Positions 52,641-64,000 of a DNA stretch of 64,000 nucleotides are shown in pieces. The position numbers and the translations under genes were made by a program. Under the pieces are notes generated by a model. It saw only the letters and a program-made list of their open reading frames with translations. It was not told the DNA's origin and ran no database searches. The stretch's first letter is position 1. Each line of letters begins with the position of its first letter. Source of the stretch: Raillietiella orientalis (Eukaryota); contig JAYWIR010000038.1 in NCBI GenBank assembly GCA_036172245.1, forward strand, positions 1,178,001 to 1,242,000. The letters run 5' to 3'.

Positions 52641-54627
52641 AAAGCCAGCCAAATGGATTCCAAGATGTGCATAAGAAATCTTCCATCTAAAACCGGCTTA
52701 CTTTCCTACTTCTACACGCTCGCATGACCAGCAACAACGAAGAAACTCACAGATGTGCCGTGTCTGAAGAAGAAAGGATATTCGACCCAGCGATGGCAGG
52801 GGATCAAGCAAAGCCTTCAGAGTAAAGTACATGATCTCTGAGCAATTACTTTGGTAACTTACCGAAGAACGGACTGTTACGCAAAGCCAAACAAGAGGAC
52901 GTTCATACAGGCGGGAAAAGTTCGAGCAGACCAGAAACGAACGGATTGATTGCCGCAGTTGACATCAGATGGTCAATGCATTGATCTAATGTCTGTCCAT
53001 TCTGCGCCACAGTTTAGAAATTCGCTTTACTGTAAGCAAACGTAAACCCACGGAGAAGAAGAAAGGGAAAAAAAGGCTTTCGTTCGGTGTTCCTCCATTA
53101 GAAGATGCCTTCGAGTCAAATAACCAAACAGTCGTCCTTTCTATCAGAATGAGAATGAGTAAAGAGCACAATGTGTGAGCATAAAACAAGCAGTTATGAT
53201 GATAACTTTGTCCACTTGACCTCTTCTAAGACCGGGTGAATACACTGCAAAGACCGGAGGCGACTGCCCCACATTCACGTTTGGGTTGATGGCTTGGGCA
53301 CGAAAGGGAGTAGCAGGAGCAGCGAAGCGCTAGCGGAAGAAGGGCAAGGAACAAAGGAAATACAGAATTTTCTCAAGCATCGTACATTGAGGAGTGCTCC
53401 ACCGAGGGCGAACGAAAATGAAGTGCCTCGAACTTTGATGCCACTTTGTAGCTACACGAGAAACGCCTTGAGTCAGTCTCGAGGTAGCACCATCTTTCCA
53501 TCCATCCCCATCGACAAATCATCCATCTAATACTCGAAATCAGCAGTTACAGGAAAACGGATCTTGGTTTGCAGCTTCCGAGTCCGAGGTGACCAGCACT
53601 TTGGCAATGTGTTTCACGCCTTCAAGAGAACACACGTCGGAGTGCATCGTTTTTGCAGCTTCCCCTCGGCTTACATACCACAGGAGCAACCGGCTCGAAT
53701 GGCGATTCGCCTTCGATTCCTACTTTCCCAGAATAACAGGTGGGGGAGGGGGGGATTGGCATCTCGAAGCTCTTTTTCGCAAGCCTGCTTATTGATGCGA
53801 CGATGATTTTATATTAAACACCACATCAAACATTGAGAGCTTAATCTTACAAAAAGATCCTTTCCAAGTCGAATTGGAAGTGATGTAAGAATGACTCGAC
53901 CTCAGATTCATCCAAGCATCCTGCATGCGCAGCATTTTCATTTCTGCATCATTTTCATAACGGAGGTAACGACTTCGAGATGAGCATCGGGATGATGCTA
54001 AATGGATGAGCACCCTCCTCCTCTTTATTCATGCCTGATGCACAGATCTAGGTTGGTCCTTGTTTCGAACAGAGACTTCTCCATAGCTTCCCATAAGTGG
54101 AAGTGCCGGGGGACTGACCGGACAGAGACTTTCCTAACACGAAGTCCTGAAAGACACACTTATTCCGGAAATTAGATCGGTAACTGAAGTGTACAGAAGC
54201 AACGGGATGTCATCACAAACTCGAAACGATTGTACGGAACAAACGGAATGAAAACACAGTAGGTCCCCCCCCCCCCCGTACGACGAGAGGTGTACGTTCT
54301 GAGTTATCCGGAAGCGCGCTGCACTTGGATCTCCTGTACTTGAGAATAAAAAATCACTAAACTATGCCTTAAAAACGGAAAAAGAAAAACAAAAAGGGGA
54401 ACTCGAAACTCGGGGAGTTTCTGGGAACACGAAATCTGGAAACCAAAAACAAGAAGCAAAATTTTGCAGATTGTGGAGTTGCCTCTGATGTTTCATCATC
54501 AGGGCGCTGATGTTGCCAACGATTCCCAATGGGACAAACCGACTGCTAAAATGAAAAACTGACTGAATGAACACGTTAGTTGAACCAATGAGCTGCAAAT
54601 ACCCTTAGTGCATACGTACATATCACT

Positions 54628-54672
54628 GTACCTGCTTCGGAGGTACACATACTAAAATTTTGGAACATACAT
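54628..54672 (+). pseudogene. 5' fragment of U6 snRNA (truncated pseudogene)
   Basis: GTACCTGCTTCGGAGGTACACATACTAAAATTTTGGAACATACA aligns with the U6 5' end (GT.C..GCTTCGGCAG.ACATATACTAAAATTGGAACGATACA). Similarity stops before an intact ACAGAGA box. Confidence 0.75.
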
Positions 54673-55673
54673 ATTACTCCTTGCATATAAAGCTTCACTG
54701 TCCTTTGCTAATCCTCACTCTTTTCACATTTCTTCTGAAGGCGACCGCCATTACGTTGATTAAATGAAAACACGGAGAAAGTGACGCGATTTATTCAAAT
54801 ACTTCCGTGATTTGAGGGTTCCACCAGTGCTTACCATTGATGCTTACTCACCCCCACTACTTTACAGCTGCTTTACGTCTCACATTTTATCCACCCTTGG
54901 AAGCACTCCAAGCGTCTGTTGGCACAGCAACTCCCCAGCACACTTTCGCAATCGAAAATGTGGAAAGTAATGGCTTTGACAAGAAAAAAACAAAATGATA
55001 AATGTTCATTCGTCAGGTGTGGCGCTGCGATGATTCTTTTTGCAAAACCGTTGGTTTCTTCTTCGACGATCCCTTTGACAAGCTCTTCTGTGTGAAAAAT
55101 AACTAGAAATATTCTATTGGTTCCACAATCTTAGATGCAATCTGTGGTCGAGTGACCCTGGGCGGTACTGCAAAATGAATCCTTTCTGGAATCCTCTTGC
55201 TATCCGTTATATTGACCTCTTCTTCTCCGAAAGAGTTTTCACTCTCGATAATTCCGATTCTTCGTCGCCGTTTCACAATAATTTCGCTATCACCAGAACG
55301 AATTCCAGAATCATCATCACTTGCACTATGTATCAGTTAAATTGTCATCAACTTGGTATAAATGAAGTTCTTCACTTTCACTCAATACCAAATTTTCTCA
55401 ACCCCTTTCCTCTTTATCCATCTTTAGCAAGTCGCTTTGCAACTGACTGATGGCACTTAAGAGAGCAACTTTTATAGAAAAGTCGAGGTCCTGTTCGAAA
55501 ACAGACAAACTTTAAGAAATCATACTGTTGCAACTTTACACTGTGTGATGCTTGCAGAGCAGTGATGTGTAGCAGGAAACTGTGAACCATCACGGCGCTT
55601 CTTCACACTCACTTTGCATGCCGACGAGCGGGTTGCACATTTTGGTCTGTAATGTAAAGAACGCATAACTGTG

Positions 55674-55880
55674 GTCCCCATTCTCACGCATCTACAATGC
55701 GTTAGAATGGGGACATGTCCTCTCAGCGGCGCCAGTGGACCCGCGCTGCCATTTTGAATGCCCCTCGGTGGCGCCAGTGGACCCGCGCTGCCATTTTGAA
55801 TGCCCCCTCGGCGGCGCCAGTGGATCTGTGGTGCCATTTTGAATGTCCTCTCAGAGGAGCAGTGGAGTGCAAAGGGTTAA
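55674..55880. mobile_element. End of a non-autonomous DNA transposon (piggyBac-like TTAA terminus) with hairpin and ~42-bp tandem repeats
   Basis: 17/18-bp stem-loop at 55674-55714. About 3.6 copies of atg.cc.ctc.g.ggcgccagtgga...gccattttga follow. Ends gagtgcaaagggTTAA. Confidence 0.6.
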
Positions 55881-57856
55881 GAAAGCACAGATAATATAAT
55901 TCTCCACACTTTGCAGCTGAGAATCTACCATAAGACTACATCGTACCAATCTTGTTTTCCGATTAGAATTTATCATTACTATTGTTATTATTATTATTAT
56001 TACTATCAGTTTGGATTGGTCAAGGTTCAATAAGGTTCTTGTTAGAACAGCTTTTTAATGCCAACAAACCAACAACGTGCACTGCATTTCGACGGCGAAC
56101 AAGCAGCAGATGATCGCTCATTCTAAGATTTTGCTGAGCACTGCTCTTTGGGAACATTGAGTTTCGTAACTGTGATCACAACAGCCGTTATGTGCTGTTA
56201 TGAAACTCAGTGTTCCCAAAGAACACTAAGTGTTTCCCACGTTGCCGGTAGTGCTTTCTGGATTGGTATTGCTATTTCCTTTGATGGTGGAGATGAATTC
56301 TCTGGAATCTTTTCTTTCACCTATTCGAGTCTCGAGTTCAGTAACTTGCCTATAAAATCACTAGGGGAGCGTGAAGAACAATTATTTTTCATGTTCTCTG
56401 GAAAACACCCCAACTTTCAACGAATGTGCCTACCAACTTTAAATAAATTGTGATCAGTAATTGCCACCGATTGCTAATTGCTCGCAGGTACGCCCCACTC
56501 TAGGAAGCTCTTCCACCGTCCACCTTCAGCTGCTGCTCATTTTTCTGTTTCTTGCTATCCCTATTTGTGACTGGGACAGCTAGCTGTACGGCTGCCATGG
56601 AGGGCACTCCTTTGGTAGTACTGTACACTGCTCTTGCTTTTCGGCGTTTAATCGATTATTATTTTGTCAATGATTCTGATTAGTCTGCAGAAACCATCTG
56701 AACAGTTGTCGAGAGATGTTGAATAGCAATAAAAATCGCACGATGGTGGCAATATTGAAACCAATTACTCTAAGAGTTTAAATACGAAACGCTTACATCT
56801 AATGGTTCAGTTAGTGGTTCATTAAATAGTTGGAGTACAAGAAACATAAATACCGAACGCCATCCTTGCTAAAATCCCCCTCGTTCCGTTGGAAAATCGT
56901 AGGGCTTTCACGCATGGCATTCAAAAAAATGGGATTAACACGCGAGTGTAGACCGATCTAAGCATCGGAAAAGTACACTGAAGATTCCCGGTGTACATGC
57001 TGCCACAGAATTACGGGAAAGAGCGATTTATAGCAGCTGTTCCTGAACTTTGAAATTCGATCAGATGGAGAAAACAAATTATACTAAGAATTCACACTTA
57101 TGAAGTGAAGTATCACTGTCGAGAAAAAAAATAAAACATCATGTCCACAGAAACAGAAGACAGTATGGATGAAAATAAATCGAGTCATCAAGAACAACCA
57201 ACAATCAAAATACAACACATGGAAAGCATTGTGGGAACAAAAACAGCATACTAGTACGATCCTTTCTCCATTTTTAATAAGAATTCAAAAATATTCGATA
57301 AATTAGGCCATCCTCCAGGGACGAACTGCACACGAGGTCATTTTCAGGCCATACACACATCTTAACTACAATAATATGGAAAACCATGAAATGGCAGACG
57401 ATGAAAAGTTTTTTTGTGCAACAGACATCTCATAAGATCTTATGTGAAAGAGGCACAAAAATAACAGCACAGTATGCTTCTCAAGAAGTGATGAATTTGT
57501 AGATGGAAACAGTAGATTTAGCTTCAAGGCAACCACTTGAATATAGAGCCACAGTTACAATCAGCCTAGCAAAAAACAAAAACTAATTATAACTAAACTT
57601 GTTTTTTGCTCATTGAAGAACAGAGAATAATGTCAGACAAAATTCCAGAACCTCCAAGTAACGGTACTGCAATCCAATGGATTCCTGGATATGAATATGC
57701 CATATGAACCTCATGGGCACTCTGGATATGAAAGAATATGCAGAAAGCATCTGTAATGCATCACTAGGCACAATCCATAACTTTACTTTATTATCTGTTT
57801 ATAACTCAATTACACTGAACTGACACATCGTCAACCACAAGTATCAAATTTGGTGC

Positions 57857-58118
57857 TTACAAAACTATTATGCTGCAGCCTGCCATTTTGCAGCCATAAT
57901 GACCTGCCCAGAACTGTGAATCTTTTCCTTTATGGATGAATTCCAAGTAGCGGATACCAGGAACATGGCTCACAATGCTGACATGCACCTGTTGCCAGCT
58001 GGTATCTGTGTTATATAGCACTTTATCAACCACTGCTTCATCAATCATGACATCCTGTTCATTAAACAATCTGATCTTCATGTGGTAAAAACTTCCACAA
58101 TCAAAACGTGCTGCCACC
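57857..58118 (-). CDS. F-box/FBA protein exon 3 (to stop)
   Basis: WVAARFDCGS.Y...WQQV...PGIRYLEFIHKGKDSQFWAGHYGCKMAG is the FBA C-terminus. Acceptor ttataag. The three exons sum to 867 nt = 288 aa plus stop. Confidence 0.95.
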
Positions 58119-58271
58119 CTTATAAGAAACGGATATGTATTGATCCTTTAGTGTTTAAATGGATTAACTTGAGGGTATTAGGAATGAGGATTGGGATAAA
58201 CACCTAGAAGAGGAAAACAAGTGACAGTGCTGAGCACTGCTTCATTTGTCAAAAAACAGAAGCATGCCTAC

Positions 58272-58503
58272 CATTCAGAAGCAAAAAACTTCAACTTGAC
58301 ATTAGCCAGTAATACTTCTGGAAACCCTTCTTTCCTAAGATCAATTCTTTGCTTTTTCAAACAATAATCATAGGTAGTAACAAAACATGATTCACTCCCT
58401 GAAGTGTCAACTACATTGCGAGGAAGACGGTCAGAACCTTCTGGAACTGATTCAATTTTCCATCTCCCAGATTCAGGAGCTAATTTCCAATAACGGAATC
58501 CAT
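58272..58503 (-). CDS. F-box/FBA protein exon 2
   Basis: DGFRYW...W..E...CFVTTYDYCLKKQRIDLRKEG...SEW are FBA motifs. Acceptor ttctag, donor TG|gtaggc; 232 nt keeps frame. Confidence 0.95.
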
Positions 58504-58836
58504 CTAGAATGTTCAAATAACATAGGAATCAATTCGGCAGGTATCGGCAAATCCATAAAATAAATTTCTCTAAACTTGAAACACTTTCACATTGATACAA
58601 TTACTACTTCTGCATTAACAAAACGCAGGCGAAAATACAAAATGAAATTCACTCATTCGTGCACCATACAGGTAAATAACAAAAAATCAAGTATCACGTA
58701 GCGATGGAAAAAGCTGAACAAATTCCATTTTTTTTTTGTATTCAGAGCATCAAAACCTGTCATTTCCTGTATAACGAAATATATTTTTAATAAAACAATA
58801 ATCAACAAACTGCAATCTATCCAACAAATGAGAAAC

Positions 58837-59209
58837 CTTGTCCATTTGTATTTTTCAACAAATTCCTCCCAAACGGCCGAGCTTTGTAGATTAATGCAAA
58901 AGGTTTCCAGTCCTGGAACTGCCACAAAAACTCTGTAACTTCGTGTGGTAGTTCAATTCTTTTCCTCTTGCACTTCCTAATCCAGAATCCAACATGTAAA
59001 ATAACATCTTTCCAAGCTTTGCAAACTAAACAAAACGAGTGTAATAGTTCGTGAATTTCCAAATTGAGAAAAATGTTTTCCAAAATTTCTGGACATAGAT
59101 GATAATTCACTCCACAAACTGTGATCGTCAAACCATTTCCACTTAAATCACCGTTTTCATTGATGGCCCCATCCATATCGTAACCAAAAAACGTAACTGT
59201 GTTTCCCAT
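58837..59209 (-). CDS. F-box/FBA protein (FBXO6/FBXO27/FBXO44-like), exon 1 with F-box
   Basis: LCPEILENIFLNLEIHELLHSFCLVCKAWKDVI is an F-box. PFGRNLLKN is the typical start of the FBA domain. Donor CAAG|gtttct, phase 1. Confidence 0.95.
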
Positions 59210-62200
59210 TCATGCCACGTTAAGGGGAAGGAGAGGCTTATGCCACCAGTGCTTGTCCTCGAGTTTTTTTCGGGAAAATTCGGTCGTGGGTGTATTTTTT
59301 TCCGGGCACCTGGGGCATTGAGGATGATAATTGTCCCTTCTTCAGCCTAATGGGTGGAATCATATTTTGGGCCAAATAGGAAACGCAAATAGTCCCGGCC
59401 CCACCTCCGGGGCCTTAGTGCAAAGCATGGGAAACCTCGAATCCGTGAAAACGGAAAGACAAACAAACAAAACTTGGATAATGAGGCCAAAACAGTTGCA
59501 CTTTGACCTTTGCCGTGTTTGGAAGGAAAGTTTTTTTTTTTTTTTTTTTTTTATTCTGGGCAGGGTGGAAACGGTTTCGGTAAACGCTGGTGACGCTCGA
59601 ACCGTGCTTGGATGGGACGGTCTGCCGCCAGAATCGACAAGAGATCAAACTGCAGATGGGATTGTAATACTCTGTACTTTAATTGATGCATTCCTCACGA
59701 ATTACTGTTCCGTAAACACAACGAAGACGGTGAGTTCTAATTCACTCATGAAGCAAAAACTTTCAAAGATCATACGAAGTGGAATTTGGGTAGACAGACA
59801 ATGGCCCAATGTTTCACCAGAGATTAAAAAAAAAAAAAAAAATGGAACATGTCAAAAGAAATAAAAGAATATGTTATGGAACAGTTGGAAGTGAAAGTGA
59901 GAATTCTCATCAGAAAATAAGAAGAATCTGTTACGTATACTGAAATCGCTGAGTTTCCACCGAAAGGAACATCACTGTCTCGATACGATGGAGTGTGGTG
60001 GCTCAACACGTCATTGGTGTACCCTTTGGAGACTGAAGATCGTTAATCCTGTGGCAGAGAAAAAGCGGCAAATTTGTTGATTGAGGTGATCTTAACGGAA
60101 AACCCGAGAACATTTTGTGCTTTCCTACCAACACTGATGTGAGTAAAATTCAAGATGATCACAAGTGAAGGAACACCTTGAAAGATACCTAAAGGTAACG
60201 TGAAAGAGCTGGAAGAATAGATGATAAGCTAGATACGAAAAACCCGCAGCAGGATATAAGTTGGGGGTTTGGAGTTACGGATTCAATACCTGGCTCAGTT
60301 ACTTTGAAGCCTGTAGTTCCGAGATACATTTGAAAAGTGGCAACGAAGACGACTGCGGAAGAAACAACATCCCAGTTTTTCATCCCAGTATGGTGCTGTT
60401 CCTTTATTTAGAGAATACCCTAAACATACGAAACGGTTGTTTCTTTTACAAGTGGAAAACGTAACAACTTTTGTTTTTCGAACTTTCAAAAGCAGCAGAC
60501 CAGTAATAAGCAAAGGTACTCTCCTCACCGACACGTGATACTTTAGAATTTTTTCATGATCACTTCATTGCTTACTTAATTTTCGAGGCTGAGAAATATT
60601 AATGCCGATTCCCAGGTTAGCAAGTGCAAAAAAGAGGTTTTTTCTAGAAATCTTTAAAAAGTAGGATTCATAGTTTTGAATACAGTGGTCATCCATGGAG
60701 GCAAATAGCCAATGCTGAGGTGGTATGCTATTGTGATTCGACCTCTTCAAAGCTTTTTTTGAAAGCACGTAGCCTTACCACCGTCCGTCCCGCCTCCTCA
60801 CTTAGTAAGTCTGAAGCCTTCCAAATTGTAGAGCGAATTCTTAAAAGAATCACAATAATCAACACAAAAAACCGTTTACAGTTGCCAAGAAGCAAAAGAA
60901 ACTTAGGGGCCAGCGAGGTAAATTCCATCTTTCAGTTGACTGAAAACACTTCCGACGATAACACCAACAAAAAAAGTCTCACTTTTTCTCGACTCTGGTT
61001 GCCACTTGTAATAAGATTTCTTAATGATAATGCTACTGACATCAAAAACCAAATTCTTGACCTCGAAGGTGCTACTTTTTGCACACCGATAAAGAGAAGA
61101 AGAAAAATTGCACCTATTAGTTTCTTAATGAGCAATCAATCATAGCTGAGCGCTTTTTTAAAGTATGCTAAAGAGAAACAAATGAAATCAGCAGACCGCG
61201 ATGAGCCATATGCCTTCGACAAGCATTATAGAAAACTGGGCAACACTACTCGTGGACACTTAAGGCATTTCGAAATGTAACACTTTAAGTATAAACACAC
61301 GAGAAGGATCAATTGCTGACAATCGTAGATTTGATTGAAGCATTCGTTCAACTCGGTAAATTGTTCACTTAGATTTATGTTCCCGAAGATGCTCAAATAA
61401 GAGTACAGTGTGGCACAGCAACCGCAATGATGTGTAATGCAGAAATCGCACTCATGAATGTTCAGGTGAGTGTAGAACGAGAGGCACTATACACTGCTTG
61501 CAACCAAAAACCCATAATGGGCGAAATTCTTCGAAACTGATTCCCTTTAAAGAGGACCAAACAAAAGCTCCAAATTTTCGTGTGCTCAGCTGAATTCATC
61601 TTTTCCAAGACAGACTTCCGCCAAACGGATTTCGAAAGCCACGAACCTCACGTTTTCGTGCAAAACAAGAGAACTTTTGTCAACATGAACTTCTTAAGTC
61701 GCCCATTAGAAGGAACCTGGAGTTTCACGAGTGGTTCGAAGTATGTGTTCCGTAAATATAAACTTCCTCTTCCTCTTTACCATACATCATCTGCAAAGTC
61801 ATTGGGGTGTTTCCGAAATCATTCCATGGTGCTGACGCTTAACAAAAAGAAATGGGCTTTCCGGTTGCAACTTTCCACCCGTTTTATTCCTTAAAAAAAA
61901 AAACAAAAAGCTTACATAAACAATGATGCAAAATCACTTATGTTTTTAAAAGTCAGGATATCAGAAAACAGACTATCGGTAAACTGACTATCGAAAACAG
62001 ACTAACTCATAACAGTTTTGGAAATTCCTTTCCTTTTTGCAGAATCAGTTGGTAGACACTCCAGCATTGGCAGATGTTTTGGTGATACAAGATCTGTGGT
62101 GAGGCCTCACCTTCACCTCCGACCTGAGCACAGAATGAAGAGCGCACCAACTTGTGGCTTAGACAGCTGGTTAAAACAGATGAGCTTCTATCATTCTGAA

Positions 62201-64000
62201 ACTTGACTCCAGAAGAAAAATAAGACACGGACCACATACGGATGGGCATCACGAATTCTCAAGACCAAGAACATAATCAGAACCACAATGAAGTCGAACC
62301 ATTATGGAATGATTGAATAAATTTAAGAATACTTCGTGACGACGTCGCTTCTTCTTGGACCTCGCATCGAGTCTTGACCTTGCTTTTTCTTTGCTCCCAT
62401 AAAATCCGCGTTAACCTTTCCAAACCCAACCTTCAAAAAGTGTCTATACGATGAATCGCAACTTCCCAACTTCATGGTTTTCTATTTCTCGTTATATTAC
62501 AATTCCTGCTTTGATCCGAACAATTTCAAAAGATTTTCTCCCAAATGTTCCATGTGTAATAAGGACTCCAAGTCTCGGTGTGTTTTACAGTGGGAGTCTT
62601 CGGGGTCGCTGAAGGGTCTCACAGGAAACAGAACTTCGGAAGAGTTCAGAAGAGGAAACAAAAGTTTCCCCCCCAAAAGCATGAATTAAAATGATTAAAG
62701 AAATGAAAAACAGAAAAAAGGCAGAGAGTAACAAATCTGGGATTCATGCGAAAGCAAATCGTCGATGCAGATGCATGGATTCTAGATGAGAGAGGTATTG
62801 ACGGTCGTAAAGTAGGTTTGTTCGGCTAGTTGACGTACTTCCTCTAAGACTACAAGAGTTCCTTAATTCCTGATGTTTTCCCACCTTTTCCGAGTGGCTT
62901 TGGATGATTTCAGTCGGTATCGATTCATTTTACACAATGCTACTATCCAAGTCACCTGCCCTATCAGCGTTTCTACGTAACTAAATGGTACTTGATTTTA
63001 ACCACAGTGGCCAACGTGAAAACCAATGTTGTGGCTTATTCTTTGCAGCTGCCTTGCGCTGCTCGTGAAGTTCCGGTATTCTTAACCGTATTAGGGGTAC
63101 GAAATAATAACAAGGAAGCAGATCTTCCTGGAAGAGGACCTTCGATGTTTGGAAAAATCATGGGTGCTGTATGTGCTGAAGGTTGTAGACTTTGTCCACC
63201 ATTGAGCAATAACGCAAGTCCAACACATTTCAATTGGTATTTAATGAATAGCAAAAAGCAAAAGTGTTCCAAAAGAAACTGAAGCAAAACCATGGACTCT
63301 TAGCATGCAGGTTGTAGAAAAATTTCTAAAGGTTTGGAGTTTGAATCCAACATCGAAATGGTCATCCACGGAAATTCTATAGAACTCCTCTTTTTCTTTT
63401 TCTGGAGAAATGCACGTCAAATTCTGATGGTGAAATCAGGTGATGCGCTGGAGCATTAGGTGAACAAATGTTTCAAGGATTAAACAACCGAAAAACGAGG
63501 TTTCGTTGAAAGTGTTCTTTTGCTTTCTCGTGAACACCGAACACCTCAGGCTGTGGAACCCTCCATAAACACCCAGTCGCTGTTATTGGCATCAAAGTTT
63601 CATGCAGAACCTTTCAAATGATGCGAAAACATACCACAGTGAAATTTGGGGGTTTCGTTTTATTTTTTAAACATAGCGTTACAGTGACAATGTTCACCAT
63701 AAAACAAAACGTACGGAAACAAAAAACCGAGAGGCTTACACGGTGAAAACACACACAAAAAAATGAATGTTAAAGCCCAAATGCAAACAATTCCTAAATA
63801 ACGACTCTGGTCGATTATTCACAAAAGTCATCAAAGTTTATACCTCAAATGATGACAACCAGCAGAGAATGTTACATGAGGTGTGAAATAATTTCTACAA
63901 GAAAAAAATGACCAAACCATAACCTAATGATATGAGAAAAATCGCTTTTTAACAAGATTGCACTGCACTGTTTCCTTTCTGCTAAATTTTGGCACTATAT

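Noticed and set aside
55715..55870. CRISPR-like repeat array
   Set aside because: Contiguous tandem units without unique spacers, eukaryotic context, no cas genes.
42059..55880. TTAACCCTTTG at 42059 as left TIR pairing with 55880
   Set aside because: Identity stops after 11 bp, and the interval holds unrelated relics and no transposase.
62440..62600. Kinase-like MEHLGENLLKLF fragment
   Set aside because: No intact HRD/DFG motifs or splice structure. It is equally explained as a gag LLH..G motif.

Overview
This is eukaryotic, arthropod-like genomic DNA, not prokaryotic. Two host genes lie on the minus strand. The first is the 5' part of a Shank/Prosap synaptic scaffold gene: coding exons 11038-10874, 1342-1217 and 1104-924, continuing off the left edge through a GC-AG intron. 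The second is a complete three-exon F-box/FBA (FBXO6/27/44-like) gene at 59209-57857 (288 aa, MGNTVT N-terminus). Most long six-frame ORFs in the GC-rich block (about 10.7-49 kb) are spurious. Read across frameshifts, that block is a dense retroelement graveyard. It holds about 9 degenerate Tx1/L1-like ORF1 relics, 2 endonuclease relics and about 7 zf-RVT/3'UTR ends, all on the + strand and sharing a 3' terminal motif. About a dozen Gypsy-like gag(-protease) relics are scattered over the whole window. I could not find any RT catalytic core or integrase. Also present are a 5' U6 snRNA fragment, a foldback MITE, a TTAA-ended transposon end with hairpin and tandem repeats, and long purine/pyrimidine tracts. 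TE calls are motif-level readings of heavily decayed sequence and need HMM confirmation.
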